From positions 31,992,001-32,056,000 of the forward strand of contig NC_043006.1 of assembly GCF_006345805.1 (NCBI RefSeq): 64,000 nucleotides of DNA, read 5' to 3'. Every line of letters starts with the position of its first letter. The first letter of the stretch is position 1. The notes below the pieces were generated by a model, which saw only the letters and a program-made list of their open reading frames with translations, was not told the origin of the DNA and did not search any database. This document shows, piece after piece, positions 63,381-64,000 of the stretch. Source of the stretch: Octopus sinensis (lineage: Eukaryota). The position numbers were made by a program, and so were the translations under genes.

Positions 63381-64000
63381 ATATATATCTATATTACGGT
63401 GATGTACTTGCATAGCAAGTGACTTGATCTGAGATCATGTGCTGAAACAAAAACAATTGCAGCGTGGAAGGTGTTTAGAAGCCATTTAAAAACACACGCA
63501 AACCGTTAGATCCACTTCAACATTTAAATTTAATTTGTCAAAATATTTTCATCACTTTGAAACTCTCGAAGGCATGACTAAGATCTTTGGCATTATGCTG
63601 TGTTTCAGAAGAAGACCCATACTAGTGTCATGCAAACAGCACCTGTGCCGGTGGCACGTAAAAGCACCCATTACACTCTTGCAGTGATTGGCTGTAGAAA
63701 ATCATAGCAAATCAGACTAAAGTTAATCTAAGTCCCCTGTCATCCCTTCCAAGAAGCTCAAAATGTTGAGGTCAAATCTTCACCACTTCAGAAAAACATG
63801 TCAAACCATAGAAAAATATTACCTTGCTTGGAAACAGAGCTGTAGAAAATCTGCTACAATAAATTGTCTGACCTATGCACACATAGAAAGGGGACACTTG
63901 ATGATGTGTCTAGAAGTCCACTTCTTATCTACCTATTATATTGTCCCTATCACCATTAGTAACAGGAATTGTTTACTAACCATGACTAACATGTCTTCCT

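Overview
AT-rich, microsatellite- and repeat-dense animal genomic DNA, most likely an octopus (inferred from the tRNA-derived SINE families, (ATC)n-tailed RTE retroelements and intron style). There are two convergent, apparently intact spliced genes. On + is GTDC1/QTMAN (tRNA-queuosine alpha-mannosyltransferase; 8 coding exons, 25172-44877, 448 aa). On - is ATPSCKMT/FAM173B (ATP synthase c-subunit lysine methyltransferase; 4 coding exons, 62417-53349, 217 aa). A tRNA-Thr(AGT) gene sits head-to-head about 720 bp upstream of the QTMAN start. The rest is mostly mobile DNA: RTE LINEs and their 3' tails, SINEs, mariner derivatives, a Buster-type hAT nested in a SINE with an 8-bp TSD, a Chapaev3-like relic, non-autonomous Helitrons, MITEs, foldbacks and minisatellites. 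The most unusual item occurs at two independent loci (28528-28952 and 57223-57502). It is a composite element joining a Pol III tRNA-like head to a Penelope-type terminal segment with a decayed minimal hammerhead-ribozyme motif, and each copy has an inverted partial tail on its 5' side. All alignments were made by eye and family assignments come from recalled motifs; no database searches were run.
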